61,240 nucleotides of DNA from Chloroflexota bacterium (GTDB taxonomy: Bacteria; Chloroflexota; Limnocylindria; Limnocylindrales; CSP1-4): positions 1 to 61,240 of the forward strand of contig JADGQK010000006.1 in assembly GCA_017881915.1 (NCBI GenBank), given 5' to 3'. Below the pieces are notes generated by a model. That model made no database searches and was not told the DNA's origin. It worked only from the letters and a program-made list of their open reading frames with translations. Position numbers and translations under genes: made by a program. Below, one piece after another: positions 29,670 to 39,602 of the stretch (the stretch's first letter is position 1; each line of letters starts with the position of its first letter).

Positions 29670-30748
29670 AGCTCGTACGCCGATCGGGTCTGGCGCAGCA
29701 GGATCAGGAAGAACGGGGCCCCGATCACGGCCGTCACGACTCCCACCGGGATCTCGCCGAGCATCCGCGCCACGAGATCCGCGGCGACCATCAGGCTGGC
29801 GCCCAGCACGGCGCTCAGCGGCAGAACTCGGCGCGCATTCGGCCCGACCACGAGGCGGACGAGGTGGGGCACGACGAGGCCGACGAAGCCGACGAGGCCG
29901 GCGACCGACACGGCGGCTGCGGTCACGAGGGAGCCCAGGCCGAGCAGGATCACTCGTTCGCGGCGGACGTCAACGCCGAGGTTGGAGGCGGTCTCCTCGC
30001 CGAGCAGGAACCCGTTGAGGGCCCCGGCCCGGAGCATGATCAGCAGGCTGCCACCGAGGATCAGGGGCGCGGTGCCGGCGAGCTGTAGCCAGGAGCTCCC
30101 GTCGAAGCCGCCCAGCAGGAAGAAGAAGATCTGGCGGAGGTTCGAGCCGGACACGTACATCGTCAGGGCCAGGCCGGCCGCGAGGAGCGAGCCGACGGCA
30201 TAGCCCGTCAGGAGCAGACCGGTCAGCGGGGCCAGCGAACTCGTCCGGCTGAGCCGGTAGACGACGCCCACCGCGAGGAGGGCCCCGGCGAACGCAAACA
30301 CCTGGACGATCCCGAACTCGAAGAGGGCAATCCTGATCGGGATGAGGATCCCGATCGCGGCCCCGAGGGCAGCCCCTGACGCCGTCCCGAGCACGTACGG
30401 GTCGGCGAGGGGGTTCCGGAGCAGGCCCTGGAACGTAGCGCCGGCAACCGACAGGCCGACCCCCACGACCATCGCCGAGAGCACCCGCGGCAGGCGCAGC
30501 TCGAAGACGATCGTCTCGGTGGCCACCGACCAGTGGCTCCCGAGGTCGAGGCCCAACAGCCGGTGGGCCAGGATCGCCAGCGTGTCTCCGGGAGCGATCG
30601 CGACCGTTCCGAAGCCAACCCCGAGGACGAGCGTGACCACGAGCGCAGCAAGGCCTACGCCGAACAGCAGTCCCGGCCGGGACCGGGCGCGATCCAGCCG
30701 ACCCGCAGTCGCGAGTCGGATCCGTCCGGCCTCGGCCCGGGTTGCCAT
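29666..30748 (-). CDS. FecCD/BtuC-family permease
   Basis: LRLPR, RNPLADP, GFVGLVVPH, GAPFF. Confidence 0.92.
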   Translation of the reverse strand: MATRAEAGRIRLATAGRLDRARSRPGLLFGVGLAALVVTLVLGVGFGTVAIAPGDTLAILAHRLLGLDLGSHWSVATETIVFELRLPRVLSAMVVGVGLSVAGATFQGLLRNPLADPYVLGTASGAALGAAIGILIPIRIALFEFGIVQVFAFAGALLAVGVVYRLSRTSSLAPLTGLLLTGYAVGSLLAAGLALTMYVSGSNLRQIFFFLLGGFDGSSWLQLAGTAPLILGGSLLIMLRAGALNGFLLGEETASNLGVDVRRERVILLGLGSLVTAAAVSVAGLVGFVGLVVPHLVRLVVGPNARRVLPLSAVLGASLMVAADLVARMLGEIPVGVVTAVIGAPFFLILLRQTRSAYEL

Positions 30749-30753
30749 GCGGA

Positions 30754-31905
30754 TTACGGCGTCGCCGACCCGGACGGAAGGGCTGGCGGTGCTGCCGAGG
30801 GCGCCTGGGAAGCACCCGCTGGAGCGAGTGATGGCAGCACGAGATCGGGATGGATGGCCAGTGCCAGGAGGCGCAGACCATCCACGAGGCGCGGCCCGGG
30901 CCGGCTCACGATGAGGTCATCGATCGGCTCGATCGCGCCGTCCCTGACCGCCGTCATCGCGTTCCAGCCGGGTCGAGCGGCAACGATCGCCGCGGTCGTG
31001 CCATAGGCCGAGTCACCCAGCACGATCACCTGGGGGTCGGCCGCGACGAGCTTCTCGAGCGGAATGCTGAAGAGCGCCGGATCACCGGTGGTGATCGGGT
31101 CGCCACCGGCGTCGTCGATCTCCTGGGCCAGGAATGAATCGGGCGCCGGGCCATAGATGTCCTTCGTCGCGTCGAGCTCGTAGAACGTACGCGGGTGGGG
31201 CAGGCCGCTGGTCGCAGCCCTCACCGCGTCGATCCCAGCCTGCATCGAAGCCGTGAGCCGGCGGGCGTTCGCGCTGGCACCCACGGCATCCCCGATCAGG
31301 TTGATATCCGCCAGGACGCCGCCGATGTCCGGCGCGTAGACGACCAGGACGGGCACACCCAGGCTGCGCAGCTGGGTCACGGCCGCGGGCTTGTTGAAGC
31401 CGTTGCCGCCGGCGATCACGAGGTCCGCCCGCAGGCCGACGATCTTCTCGACGTCAACCGAGGAATACGTCGCGACGTGTGGCAGGCTCTTCACCTGGGC
31501 CGGGTAGTCGTCGAAGTCGCCGTCCGCGGCAACCCGATCGCCGGCCCCGATGGCATACAGGGTCTCCGTGGCGGCGGGAGTCAGCGAAACGATCCGGCGC
31601 GGCTCTGACTTGAGGGTGACCTGGTTGTGCTCGTCGTCGGTCAGCGCCAGGGGGAAGCTGGGGCCGGCGCTTGAGCTGACGACCGGGCTGGAGTTCGGCG
31701 CGACGCCGGCGGACGTCGATCCGCTCGGAGCCGCTGTGGCGGCCGGGTTCGCGGTCGGGCCAGGGCTGAACCCGGACGAGGCGCCGGTGCAGGCGCCGAC
31801 GACCAGTATCGTTGCGACGGCCAGCGCCCCGATCCGGGCGAGTGTCCGGCGACGAAGAACACGAGGCCCCTCGCCACGCATGGGAGGGGCAACGGACGGG
31901 TTCAC
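30754..31905 (-). CDS. Cobalamin ABC transporter substrate-binding lipoprotein (BtuF-like)
   Basis: VGAC lipobox, RIVSLTPAATE, RPGPR; GTG at 31905 downstream of the riboswitch. Confidence 0.85.
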   Translation of the reverse strand: MNPSVAPPMRGEGPRVLRRRTLARIGALAVATILVVGACTGASSGFSPGPTANPAATAAPSGSTSAGVAPNSSPVVSSSAGPSFPLALTDDEHNQVTLKSEPRRIVSLTPAATETLYAIGAGDRVAADGDFDDYPAQVKSLPHVATYSSVDVEKIVGLRADLVIAGGNGFNKPAAVTQLRSLGVPVLVVYAPDIGGVLADINLIGDAVGASANARRLTASMQAGIDAVRAATSGLPHPRTFYELDATKDIYGPAPDSFLAQEIDDAGGDPITTGDPALFSIPLEKLVAADPQVIVLGDSAYGTTAAIVAARPGWNAMTAVRDGAIEPIDDLIVSRPGPRLVDGLRLLALAIHPDLVLPSLAPAGASQAPSAAPPALPSGSATP

Positions 31906-31947
31906 TGGATGCCTACCCTTTCTCTCGAAGGTTCGAGCACGAACCGA

Positions 31948-32045
31948 AGGGTCGGCGACCGGACTCGCGCGGTCGCTCCTGGGGAGGAGCGCCGCGACCA
32001 CCGTAGCGGGACTGTGCCGGGATCTCACCGGCTTCGCGACCCAGC
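31948..32045 (-). ncRNA. Cobalamin riboswitch (short class)
   Basis: Minus strand GGGTCGCGAAGCCGGTGAGATCCCGGCACAGTCCCGCTACGGTG...GAGTCCGGTCGCCGACC matches the cobalamin riboswitch core; sits upstream of a Btu-like operon. Confidence 0.85.
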
Positions 32046-32242
32046 GGTCTGGCGATGATGTTGGTTCCCTGAGCCTAGCAGACGACCCGCCGAATCGCAG
32101 GTGAGTCGCAGCTAAGCGTGGCCTGTGATCCTGCGAGTCCGCTTGGACCCAGAAGAGCCGCCCTTCGCTCAACGCCGCCGGCAGCGCCGCCGTCCAGCTT
32201 CGCCGTGCAACTCCGCCCTGGACTCCGCCGGAGGAGGTCCCG

Positions 32243-33007
32243 ATGGATTTTGGCGTTCGTTGGCGACGGGCGGTCGCCCTGCCCCTGCTTGCGATCGTGG
32301 TGGTGCTCGGACCGGGGGCGAGCCCAACGCGGGCCGCCTACCAGGCCAGCGCCGACTCGAACGTTTCGGCCTTTCGCAGCCCATGTGTCGGCTTCCAGGA
32401 CAGCCACCCCGCCCAGATGCTGGCGCTCGCCGTCAGCGGCCTCCGTTCACTCGGCTACGCGGTGGCGGGCTACTCCGGGGCGGCTTTCACCCGAAGCGCC
32501 GTGCTCAGCCGGACGGTCAGCGACTTCGGCTTCTACGTCCATTCCCATGGCGACAACTACTGGTACGCGCCGGACCAGCGACGCTACAACGGCTTCCGGG
32601 AAGACTCGGGCGACTGCAGCCAGGCGGTGATCTTCTCGCCCCAGATCGCCGCCGCCCGGGCCGGCCGCTTCACGAACCTCGTGGTCGTCTCCACGTGCCA
32701 CAATGCCGATCCCTCCACCACCCTCCCGGCCGCCTTCGGAATCAATCGAACCAAGGTCCAGGCCGGAGCCAGCCATTTCTTCCTGGGCTACCTCGGGATC
32801 GCCTACGACAACGACGAGCAGGCATTCGAGACCGCCTTCTGGTCGGCTCTCGAGCACGGCCGGAGTGTCGGCGCAGCGTTCGACCTCGGCCTGCTCCAGA
32901 ACTTCAGCCACTCGCTCGATGCCGACTGGTGGGGCACGTATGGCTGGTCCGGGCGAGCGGGGGCGGCAACGTTCTGTCCGCGCTGCAACGTGGCGGGCGG
33001 GCGATGA
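32243..33007 (+). CDS. Secreted protein, putative clan CD (caspase/gingipain-like) cysteine peptidase fold
   Basis: GGAGG RBS, signal peptide, FYVHSHG and LVVVSTC motifs. Confidence 0.55.
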   Translation: MDFGVRWRRAVALPLLAIVVVLGPGASPTRAAYQASADSNVSAFRSPCVGFQDSHPAQMLALAVSGLRSLGYAVAGYSGAAFTRSAVLSRTVSDFGFYVHSHGDNYWYAPDQRRYNGFREDSGDCSQAVIFSPQIAAARAGRFTNLVVVSTCHNADPSTTLPAAFGINRTKVQAGASHFFLGYLGIAYDNDEQAFETAFWSALEHGRSVGAAFDLGLLQNFSHSLDADWWGTYGWSGRAGAATFCPRCNVAGGR

Positions 33008-33900
33008 ACCGCTCCGGCGATTCGCGACGTCGCGTCGCGCTGCTCTCCCTTGTCGCCCTGGGAGGTGGCTTGATGACCGTGGGGTTCAGCCGGTCGACGC
33101 CAGGTCTGGCAAGCACGGAGGTCCAGGGTCGCCTCGCTGCTTCCCACGTGGCGGCGACGGTCGTCGCCCTGTCTGCCGAGGTCGAGACCCATCTTGGGAT
33201 CCCGGCACCGGCCAGCCGATCGGTCGAACGAACGACGGACGCCCTCACGGGCCTCGTCCTGGACGAGGTCACAGATCTCGATGCCGGTGGCACGCCCACC
33301 GCGATCTCGCGCTTCGACCCGGGAGGCCAGCTCGTCTCATCGGTTCGACTTGGGTTCGTCGCATCGGCCGGCCCGTCGGTCTCGGCAGGAAGCGCGGCCA
33401 GGATCGCGAGCGGGATGCTGGCCGGCCTGCACATGGCGGCGCCCGGGAATGCGGCGGTCACGCCCCGGGCCGCCGGCGGGTGGCTGGTCCGCTGGGTGCG
33501 CCTCGTCGGGGCGATTCCCGTGCCGGGCGATGGCGTGGCGGTGCAGCTCGCGGGCGACGGATCGTTCCACGGAATCGTCCGGACCCAGCACGCGTTGGCG
33601 AAGATGCCTGCGGTGCTCATCGACCCGGCCCGGGTCCGGGTCCTGACCGGGGCACGACTCGACCGGTGGTTCACGGCCGACGTACGTGCAGATGCCTCGG
33701 TCTCCGCGCCGGCCCTCGCCTGGATCGCCCCGAACGAGACGTTCGGGGACGCGATCCCGGCTGGCGCAGGGGGCACGATCCGGCTGGCCTGGATCGTGCG
33801 GGTCACGACAAGCGGAGCCCTGGCCGAACGGCTGGCCGGCCTCGAGCTGGCGTTCGACGCCGGCGACGGAGCACCCCTCGGTGGGGACATCCTGGAGTGA
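33004..33900 (+). CDS. Exported protein with FTP-like and PepSY-like segments
   Basis: ATGA overlap; RRR plus hydrophobic N-terminus; VRWVRLVGAIPVPGDGVAVQL and LAWIV...FDAGDG. Confidence 0.55.
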   Translation: MNRSGDSRRRVALLSLVALGGGLMTVGFSRSTPGLASTEVQGRLAASHVAATVVALSAEVETHLGIPAPASRSVERTTDALTGLVLDEVTDLDAGGTPTAISRFDPGGQLVSSVRLGFVASAGPSVSAGSAARIASGMLAGLHMAAPGNAAVTPRAAGGWLVRWVRLVGAIPVPGDGVAVQLAGDGSFHGIVRTQHALAKMPAVLIDPARVRVLTGARLDRWFTADVRADASVSAPALAWIAPNETFGDAIPAGAGGTIRLAWIVRVTTSGALAERLAGLELAFDAGDGAPLGGDILE

Positions 33901-34874
33901 TCCGACCCAGCCTGCTCCTCGCGAGTCTCGCCCTCGTCGGCTGCACGGTTGTGCCGACCGTGCCGTCGCCGGGCGGGACCACCGCCCCCGAGCGCGCCGA
34001 TCGGATCGTCGCGCTCGTCGGTAACGTCGGGGCAATGAGCCTGGTGACCCCCGGCCCGGGCGGTAGCCTGCGGCCCCTGGACGAGGCGGGGCTGCCGCCT
34101 GATGCAGCCTGGTTGTCGAGCAGCGGCGGGCTGCTTCTGGCCACGACCCTGGCCGGCCGGATCGTGTTGGGTGCGACCGGCCCGGGCATCGGCAGTGCCG
34201 GCTCCCGCGGCGGGATCGCCTGGAGCGGCGCCCTGGGCGACCTTGGCGGCAACCATCCGGAACGGGCCTTCGGGTCGCTCGAGCCGGCGGCCGTGCCGGC
34301 GGCCGGCGGCAGGCCCACTACCCGCCGCGTCGCATTCGTCGAAGGCGATCCCGGCTCGGGTGCCGCCGCCCGGCTGATCGTCGAGACCCTGGCCGGGACC
34401 GAGGTCCGACCCATCGACCTGCCCCGAGCGGCCGAAAGCGCGCCCGCCTGGCTACCGGATGGCCGGATCGTGATCGTGGTCCGGGACCAGGCCGACCGGC
34501 CGATGGCGTTGCTGGCCGACCCGGCGAGTGGACGGCTGGCCTCAACCGGCCCGGGGACGCTCCGCTCGGTCGCGATCGGCGGTGCGGCCGTGGCCACGAT
34601 CGGAGCCGACGGGATCGTCCGGATCGGCCCGATCACGACCTGGCTCGGTGGTCAGCCGGGCGAACCCGTCACGGGCATCGGCGCAGACGAGCCGATCCTC
34701 CAGGCACAGCCCTCGGCTGAAGGCGACGAGCTCGCCCTGGTCGTCGCCGACCAGGCCGGGGATGCTGCGTCCATCCGGATCCTCGCGGGGACCGGCGGCT
34801 GGCACGAAACCGCCCGGTTCGGGCTCCCGCCTGGGGCGAACCGGGCGGTCGTGGGCTGGCTCGTGGGGCCCTGA
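33897..34874 (+). CDS. Lipoprotein, possible beta-propeller
   Basis: GTGA overlap; LVGC lipobox; PAWLPDGR and PSAEGDELA repeats resemble TolB/WD40 blades. Confidence 0.6.
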   Translation: MIRPSLLLASLALVGCTVVPTVPSPGGTTAPERADRIVALVGNVGAMSLVTPGPGGSLRPLDEAGLPPDAAWLSSSGGLLLATTLAGRIVLGATGPGIGSAGSRGGIAWSGALGDLGGNHPERAFGSLEPAAVPAAGGRPTTRRVAFVEGDPGSGAAARLIVETLAGTEVRPIDLPRAAESAPAWLPDGRIVIVVRDQADRPMALLADPASGRLASTGPGTLRSVAIGGAAVATIGADGIVRIGPITTWLGGQPGEPVTGIGADEPILQAQPSAEGDELALVVADQAGDAASIRILAGTGGWHETARFGLPPGANRAVVGWLVGP

Positions 34875-34900
34875 CGCGCCCGAGGGGCGCGCCGCGCGGT

Positions 34901-35176
34901 TCAGGCGCTGACGGCCTGGCGCTCCCCGATCAGAACGGCCTCGGGTTCCTCGGGCACCATCGCGCCCAGGATCTTGTGAATCGTGAGCAGATGGACGCAG
35001 CTGCCCCAGCTCTCGAAATAGTGGCAGGTGCAGCGCCACACTCCGGCAGTCAGGCTCACCCGATGGGTGTCGTTGTCGCCACGGAACGTCAGCGAGAGCT
35101 CGTCGATCGAGACCCGATCGTGCTCGCGAGCGTAGCGATTTGCCTTTTCGACCTTGCCGATGAGCGAGCTGTGCAT
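34901..35176 (-). CDS. Small SWIM-type zinc-finger protein
   Basis: AGGAG RBS; MHSSLIGKVEKA...CTC...CVH. Confidence 0.8.
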   Translation of the reverse strand: MHSSLIGKVEKANRYAREHDRVSIDELSLTFRGDNDTHRVSLTAGVWRCTCHYFESWGSCVHLLTIHKILGAMVPEEPEAVLIGERQAVSA

Positions 35177-35283
35177 GCTCCTGGACCTCCATCGCCCTGA
35201 CCTGGGCGCTGTCGAGGCCGCCGTCCGATCCTGCACGATCGACCGGTGATGGCGGTCGCTGGAGCGACCATACACCCGCCGGT

Positions 35284-35688
35284 CTAGGGGGCGCTGGTCC
35301 CTTCGCGGCCGAAGTCATCCTCGAGTCGGATCACGTCGTCGAGCTCCGGCGTGGACACCTCGACAAGCTCGGTCCGATCGATCGCCTCGAACCGGTGGAC
35401 GCGTCCGACGGGCACCCGCCGGTGGTCGCCCGGGCCCAGCTCGATCTGTGCGATCGTGCCGTCAGCAGCCTCCAGGTGGAGGCGCATCCGGCCCGAGATC
35501 ACCAGGATCGACTCGTCCTTGTGGAGGTGCTTCTGGAGCGATAGCCGGCGGCCGGCCTCGATCACGATCAGCTTCCCGACGTAGCGATCGGTGTGCGTCC
35601 AGATCAGCTCATGACCCCAGGGCTTATCGACACGCCGGCTGGCGTCGGACCCGGATTCGTGCGCCGGCCCGCCCGGCTCAGGCAGCAC
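35284..35688 (-). CDS. Cupin domain protein (mannose-6-phosphate isomerase type II C-terminal-like)
   Basis: KPWG, LSLQKH, HRF, EVSTP, RLEDDFGR; start uncertain. Confidence 0.85.
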   Translation of the reverse strand: MLPEPGGPAHESGSDASRRVDKPWGHELIWTHTDRYVGKLIVIEAGRRLSLQKHLHKDESILVISGRMRLHLEAADGTIAQIELGPGDHRRVPVGRVHRFEAIDRTELVEVSTPELDDVIRLEDDFGREGTSAP

Positions 35689-37159
35689 GGACGAGTGCCT
35701 CGCCGGCCTGGACCATCGCGTCACGCGCCTGGGGCGAGACCGCCTCGGTATAGACCCGGACCAGCGGCTCGGTGCCGCTGAACCTGATGAGCAGCCACGA
35801 TCCGTCCGGGGTGAAGAACTTGAAGCCGTCGTTCGTCGTGAGCGCGTCGGTTCGGCTGACCGGCTCCCCGGCCAGCGACTGCGGAGCATTCGCCTTGAGC
35901 TCCACCATGAGCCGATCCTTGAGCGCGGGGTACAGGTTCTGATCCACGTGGACGTCGATCCGGCGGTAGAAGGACGGACCGGCCAGCTCGTGGAAGGCGG
36001 CGATTGCCTTCGAGACAGGCCAGCGCCCGGCGGCCTTCTCGCGCAGGAACAGGTCGAGCAGGAGCAGGTTGGCATAGACCCCGTCGCGCTCCGGCAGGTG
36101 CATCCCGAAGCCGTAGCCGCCGGACTCCTCGGCGCCCATCATCGCGCCGGTCTCGATCATCTTCGGGCCGATGTACTTGAACCCGACCGACGTCTCGTAG
36201 ACCGGGATGTTGTAGTGCTTCCCGAGGCGCAGGGCCATTGACGTGTTGTTGACGCTCTCGACGATCGGGTCGCGCAACCCGAGATGCTCGGCGAGGTAGT
36301 ACATCAGCAGGCCGGTCACTTCGAGTTGGTGGATGAACGTACCCCGCTCATCGGCTGCCCCGGCCCGGTCGGCATCCCCATCGAGGAGCAGGCCCAGGTC
36401 GTAGCCGCCCGCGGCGAGGATCCCGAGCGCCTCATCCACATTCGGCCGGATCGGCTCCGGATTGATCCCGCCGAAAAATGGGTTCCGCTCGGTGTGGATC
36501 TCGTGCACCCGGATCTTTCCGCCGGACAGCAGGCGCGGCAGCCAGCCGGCTCCGGCACCGTACATCGGATCGACCAGGACGCTCACGTCGGCGGCCTTGA
36601 GGGCGTCGATGTCGACGGTCCGACGGACGTACTGCTCGTAGCCCGGATACGGGTCGTACCAGTCGACGAGCCCGGCTGCCTCGGCATCGGCGAATGGGCG
36701 CCGTGGGATCGCCGTTCCGCCGTTCGTCGCGATCGTCGCCTCGAGGACCGCCAGGATCTCGGGTCCCGCCGCGGAGCCGGTCGGGGCTTTGACCTTGAAG
36801 CCGTTGTCCGTCCAGGGGTTGTGGCTGGCGGTGATCACGATGCCGGCGGCGCTGCCCCGCTCGACGACTTCGTACGAGGACATCTGGGTGGGCACCGCGT
36901 GGCGGGCAAAGGCGACCGGGATGTCCTGGGCCAACAGAACCTCGGCCGCGGCCGCGGCAAAATCCTCGGAGGCGAACCGCCGGTCATAGGCGATCACCAC
37001 GCCCTTGGCCTGTTGGCCGCGGCTCACGACGTAGTGGGCCACCCCATCGGCGCAGCGTCGGACGTTCTCGAAGGTGAAGTCATCGGCGACCCGGGATCGC
37101 CAGCCATCGGTGCCGAAGACGATCTTCGATGGCTGGGGAACCTGGCTGATCGTGGTCAC
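35678..37159 (-). CDS. Phosphoglucomutase/phosphomannomutase
   Basis: FGTDGWR, TASHNP, DGDADR, RFSGTEP. Confidence 0.95.
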   Translation of the reverse strand: MTTISQVPQPSKIVFGTDGWRSRVADDFTFENVRRCADGVAHYVVSRGQQAKGVVIAYDRRFASEDFAAAAAEVLLAQDIPVAFARHAVPTQMSSYEVVERGSAAGIVITASHNPWTDNGFKVKAPTGSAAGPEILAVLEATIATNGGTAIPRRPFADAEAAGLVDWYDPYPGYEQYVRRTVDIDALKAADVSVLVDPMYGAGAGWLPRLLSGGKIRVHEIHTERNPFFGGINPEPIRPNVDEALGILAAGGYDLGLLLDGDADRAGAADERGTFIHQLEVTGLLMYYLAEHLGLRDPIVESVNNTSMALRLGKHYNIPVYETSVGFKYIGPKMIETGAMMGAEESGGYGFGMHLPERDGVYANLLLLDLFLREKAAGRWPVSKAIAAFHELAGPSFYRRIDVHVDQNLYPALKDRLMVELKANAPQSLAGEPVSRTDALTTNDGFKFFTPDGSWLLIRFSGTEPLVRVYTEAVSPQARDAMVQAGEALVRAA

Positions 37160-38235
37160 GAATGGCCCTCCGGCGTTGAGCAACGATCGAGGAGCGTGTC
37201 GATCCGCGGTTGGAACGTCCGTGCGCCGTGGAGTACAGCAACGGGTCCCGTGGTCGCGACCATCGTAGCGTCAGCGCCGGGCGACGCGGTCAGCCGTCCG
37301 ACGTTCGAACGCCACACCACGAGGTCGTCGGAGGTTGCCTCGAATTCCTTGCCGGTCGGGTCGATCGTCGCTTCGATTCGCGGCATTCCCAGCTCGCTGA
37401 GCAACGAGGTCCAGCTCCCGAGATCGTTCCAGCCGACATCGATGGGGAGGACGACGACGTCGCCGGCCAGCGATGCCGGCTCCAGCACGGCATAGTCGAT
37501 CGAGGTGGCCCGGACACGGTCATAGGCGTCACTCAGGTCGCCGGTCAGGCCTTTGGTCACCGTGGCCAGGATGTCCGGCGCATCGCGCTCGAAGGCGGCT
37601 CGGATCGTGGACCGCTGCCAGACGAAGATCCCGGCATTCCAGCTTGCGAGGCGGTCCTCGAACATCGATTCGGCCATCACGAGGTCAGGCTTCTCGGTGA
37701 ACCGCTCGACTCCATAGACCCTGCGCGGTCCTGGAGCCTGTGCATCGACCGTTTCGGCCGGCCCGGTTGGCAGGATGTAGCCGTATACCGTGGCGGGATA
37801 CGTCGGCTTGATGCCGAGCGTCACGATCGGTCGGGCCACCCCCGGGACGCCAGCCGCAGCGGCCCCGGCCGTGCGCAGGGCGGCCCGAAACTCGTCGCCG
37901 CGCTCGACGGTCTGGTCGGCCGGCAGGACGAGCATCACCTCGTCGTCAGGTCGGTCGATCGCCACGGTCGCCAGGGCGATCGCCGCCGCGGTATTTCGCC
38001 CCTGGGGCTCGGACAGGACATTCGCCAACGGCAGCTGGGCGGCGACGAGATCCGCATAGCGGCGGTCCGTGACGACGAAGATCGAGGCCGGTTCGACCAG
38101 TCCGACCAGGCGCTCAGCACCGAGCTGGAGGAGCGTGCGCTCGCCGAGCAGCGGCAGGAACGGCTTGGGGCGCTCCGGCGACGACAGCGGCCAGAGCCGG
38201 GTACCGCCGCCGCCGGCCAGGATGACGGCGTACAC
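37156..38235 (-). CDS. manC: Mannose-1-phosphate guanylyltransferase
   Basis: LAGGGGTRLWPLS, GRNTA, FTEKP, WNDLGSW. Confidence 0.9.
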   Translation of the reverse strand: MYAVILAGGGGTRLWPLSSPERPKPFLPLLGERTLLQLGAERLVGLVEPASIFVVTDRRYADLVAAQLPLANVLSEPQGRNTAAAIALATVAIDRPDDEVMLVLPADQTVERGDEFRAALRTAGAAAAGVPGVARPIVTLGIKPTYPATVYGYILPTGPAETVDAQAPGPRRVYGVERFTEKPDLVMAESMFEDRLASWNAGIFVWQRSTIRAAFERDAPDILATVTKGLTGDLSDAYDRVRATSIDYAVLEPASLAGDVVVLPIDVGWNDLGSWTSLLSELGMPRIEATIDPTGKEFEATSDDLVVWRSNVGRLTASPGADATMVATTGPVAVLHGARTFQPRIDTLLDRCSTPEGHS

Positions 38236-38288
38236 GGCCCGATTCTACAGCCCGCGGGTGGTCCGCCTCGGGGGTTGGCAGACCCCGC

Positions 38289-39518
38289 TCAGATCGCCTC
38301 TGCGACCGGCTCGGGCAGGGCGACCCCGGCGCCGTCGGCGAGGATGGCTGCCCGGTCGGTGCGTTCCCAGGGCAGGTCCAGGTCCGGCCGGCCGAAGTGG
38401 CCATAGGCGGCGGTCTGGCGGTAGATCGGGCGGCGCAGGTCGAGGGCCTCGATGATCGCGGCGGGTCGCAGGTCGAAATGCTCGGCGATCAGTTGCTGGA
38501 TCCGCTCGTCCGGGATCTTGCCGGTGCCGAACGACTCGACGGAGACGCTCAGCGGGTGGGCAATCCCGATCCCGTAGGCGAGCTCGATCTCGAAGCGATC
38601 TGCGAGGCCGGCGGCGACGACGTTCTTGGCCACCCAGCGGGCGGCATACGCGGCCGACCGGTCGACCTTCGTCGGGTCCTTGCCGCTGAACGCGCCTCCA
38701 CCATGGCGGGCCATCCCGCCGTACGTGTCGACGATGATCTTGCGCCCGGTCACGCCGGCGTCGCCCATCGGGCCGCCGGTCACGAACCGGCCGGTCGGAT
38801 TGATGTGCATGACCGGGTCGACGTCGCGCAGATGGCGGGGCAACATCGGCAGGATCACGGCCTCGGCGATGTCGTCGCCAATCTGCTCGACCGTCACGTC
38901 CGGATCGTGCTGGGTGCTGACCACGACCGTCTTCACCCGGCGCGGGATCCCGTGCTCGTACTCGAGGGTGACCTGGGTCTTGCCGTCCGGCCGGAGGTAG
39001 GGCAGCTGGCCGCTCTTGCGCAGCTCGGCCAGGCGCCGGGCCATCCGATGGGCGAGGGCGATCGGGAGGGGCATCAGCTCGGGCGTCTCGCGGCAGGCGA
39101 AGCCAAACATCATGCCCTGGTCACCCGCGCCGAGCTCGTGGCCGGATGCGCCCGTCGCGCGGTTCTCGAGAGCGGTATCGACGCCCATCGCAATGTCCCG
39201 CGACTGTTCCTTGATGCTGACGAGCACGCCGCAGGTCTGATAATCGAAGCCGTACTCGGCCCGGGTGTAGCCGATGTCGCAGACAGTATCCCGGACGATC
39301 GACTGAAAGTCGGCGTAGGTAGTCGTCGTGATCTCGCCGAGCACCACGACCAGGCCCGTGGTCGTCGCCGTCTCGCAGGCAACCCGTGCATCCGGATCCT
39401 CGCGGATGATCGCGTCGAGGATCGCGTCACTGATCTGGTCGCACATCTTGTCGGGATGCCCTTCGGTCACCGACTCGGACGTGAACAGGTACTCGGCCGC
39501 GTCGAGGATCGTGGTCAT
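38289..39518 (-). CDS. metK: S-adenosylmethionine synthetase
   Basis: [26 protein letters not shown]. Confidence 0.97.
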   Translation of the reverse strand: MTTILDAAEYLFTSESVTEGHPDKMCDQISDAILDAIIREDPDARVACETATTTGLVVVLGEITTTTYADFQSIVRDTVCDIGYTRAEYGFDYQTCGVLVSIKEQSRDIAMGVDTALENRATGASGHELGAGDQGMMFGFACRETPELMPLPIALAHRMARRLAELRKSGQLPYLRPDGKTQVTLEYEHGIPRRVKTVVVSTQHDPDVTVEQIGDDIAEAVILPMLPRHLRDVDPVMHINPTGRFVTGGPMGDAGVTGRKIIVDTYGGMARHGGGAFSGKDPTKVDRSAAYAARWVAKNVVAAGLADRFEIELAYGIGIAHPLSVSVESFGTGKIPDERIQQLIAEHFDLRPAAIIEALDLRRPIYRQTAAYGHFGRPDLDLPWERTDRAAILADGAGVALPEPVAEAI

Positions 39519-39602
39519 GGAGCTCCTTTTGTGCTCGGGCAGGGTAGCACAGGCCTCGTCATCGGCCGTTCGGCAGGTCCCGCGGACCGGCTCCCGGGGG
39601 GT

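Noticed and set aside
39519-39602. SAM riboswitch before metK
   Set aside because: A TGCTACCCT -10-like box sits only ~20 nt from the start, leaving no room; no aptamer motif seen.
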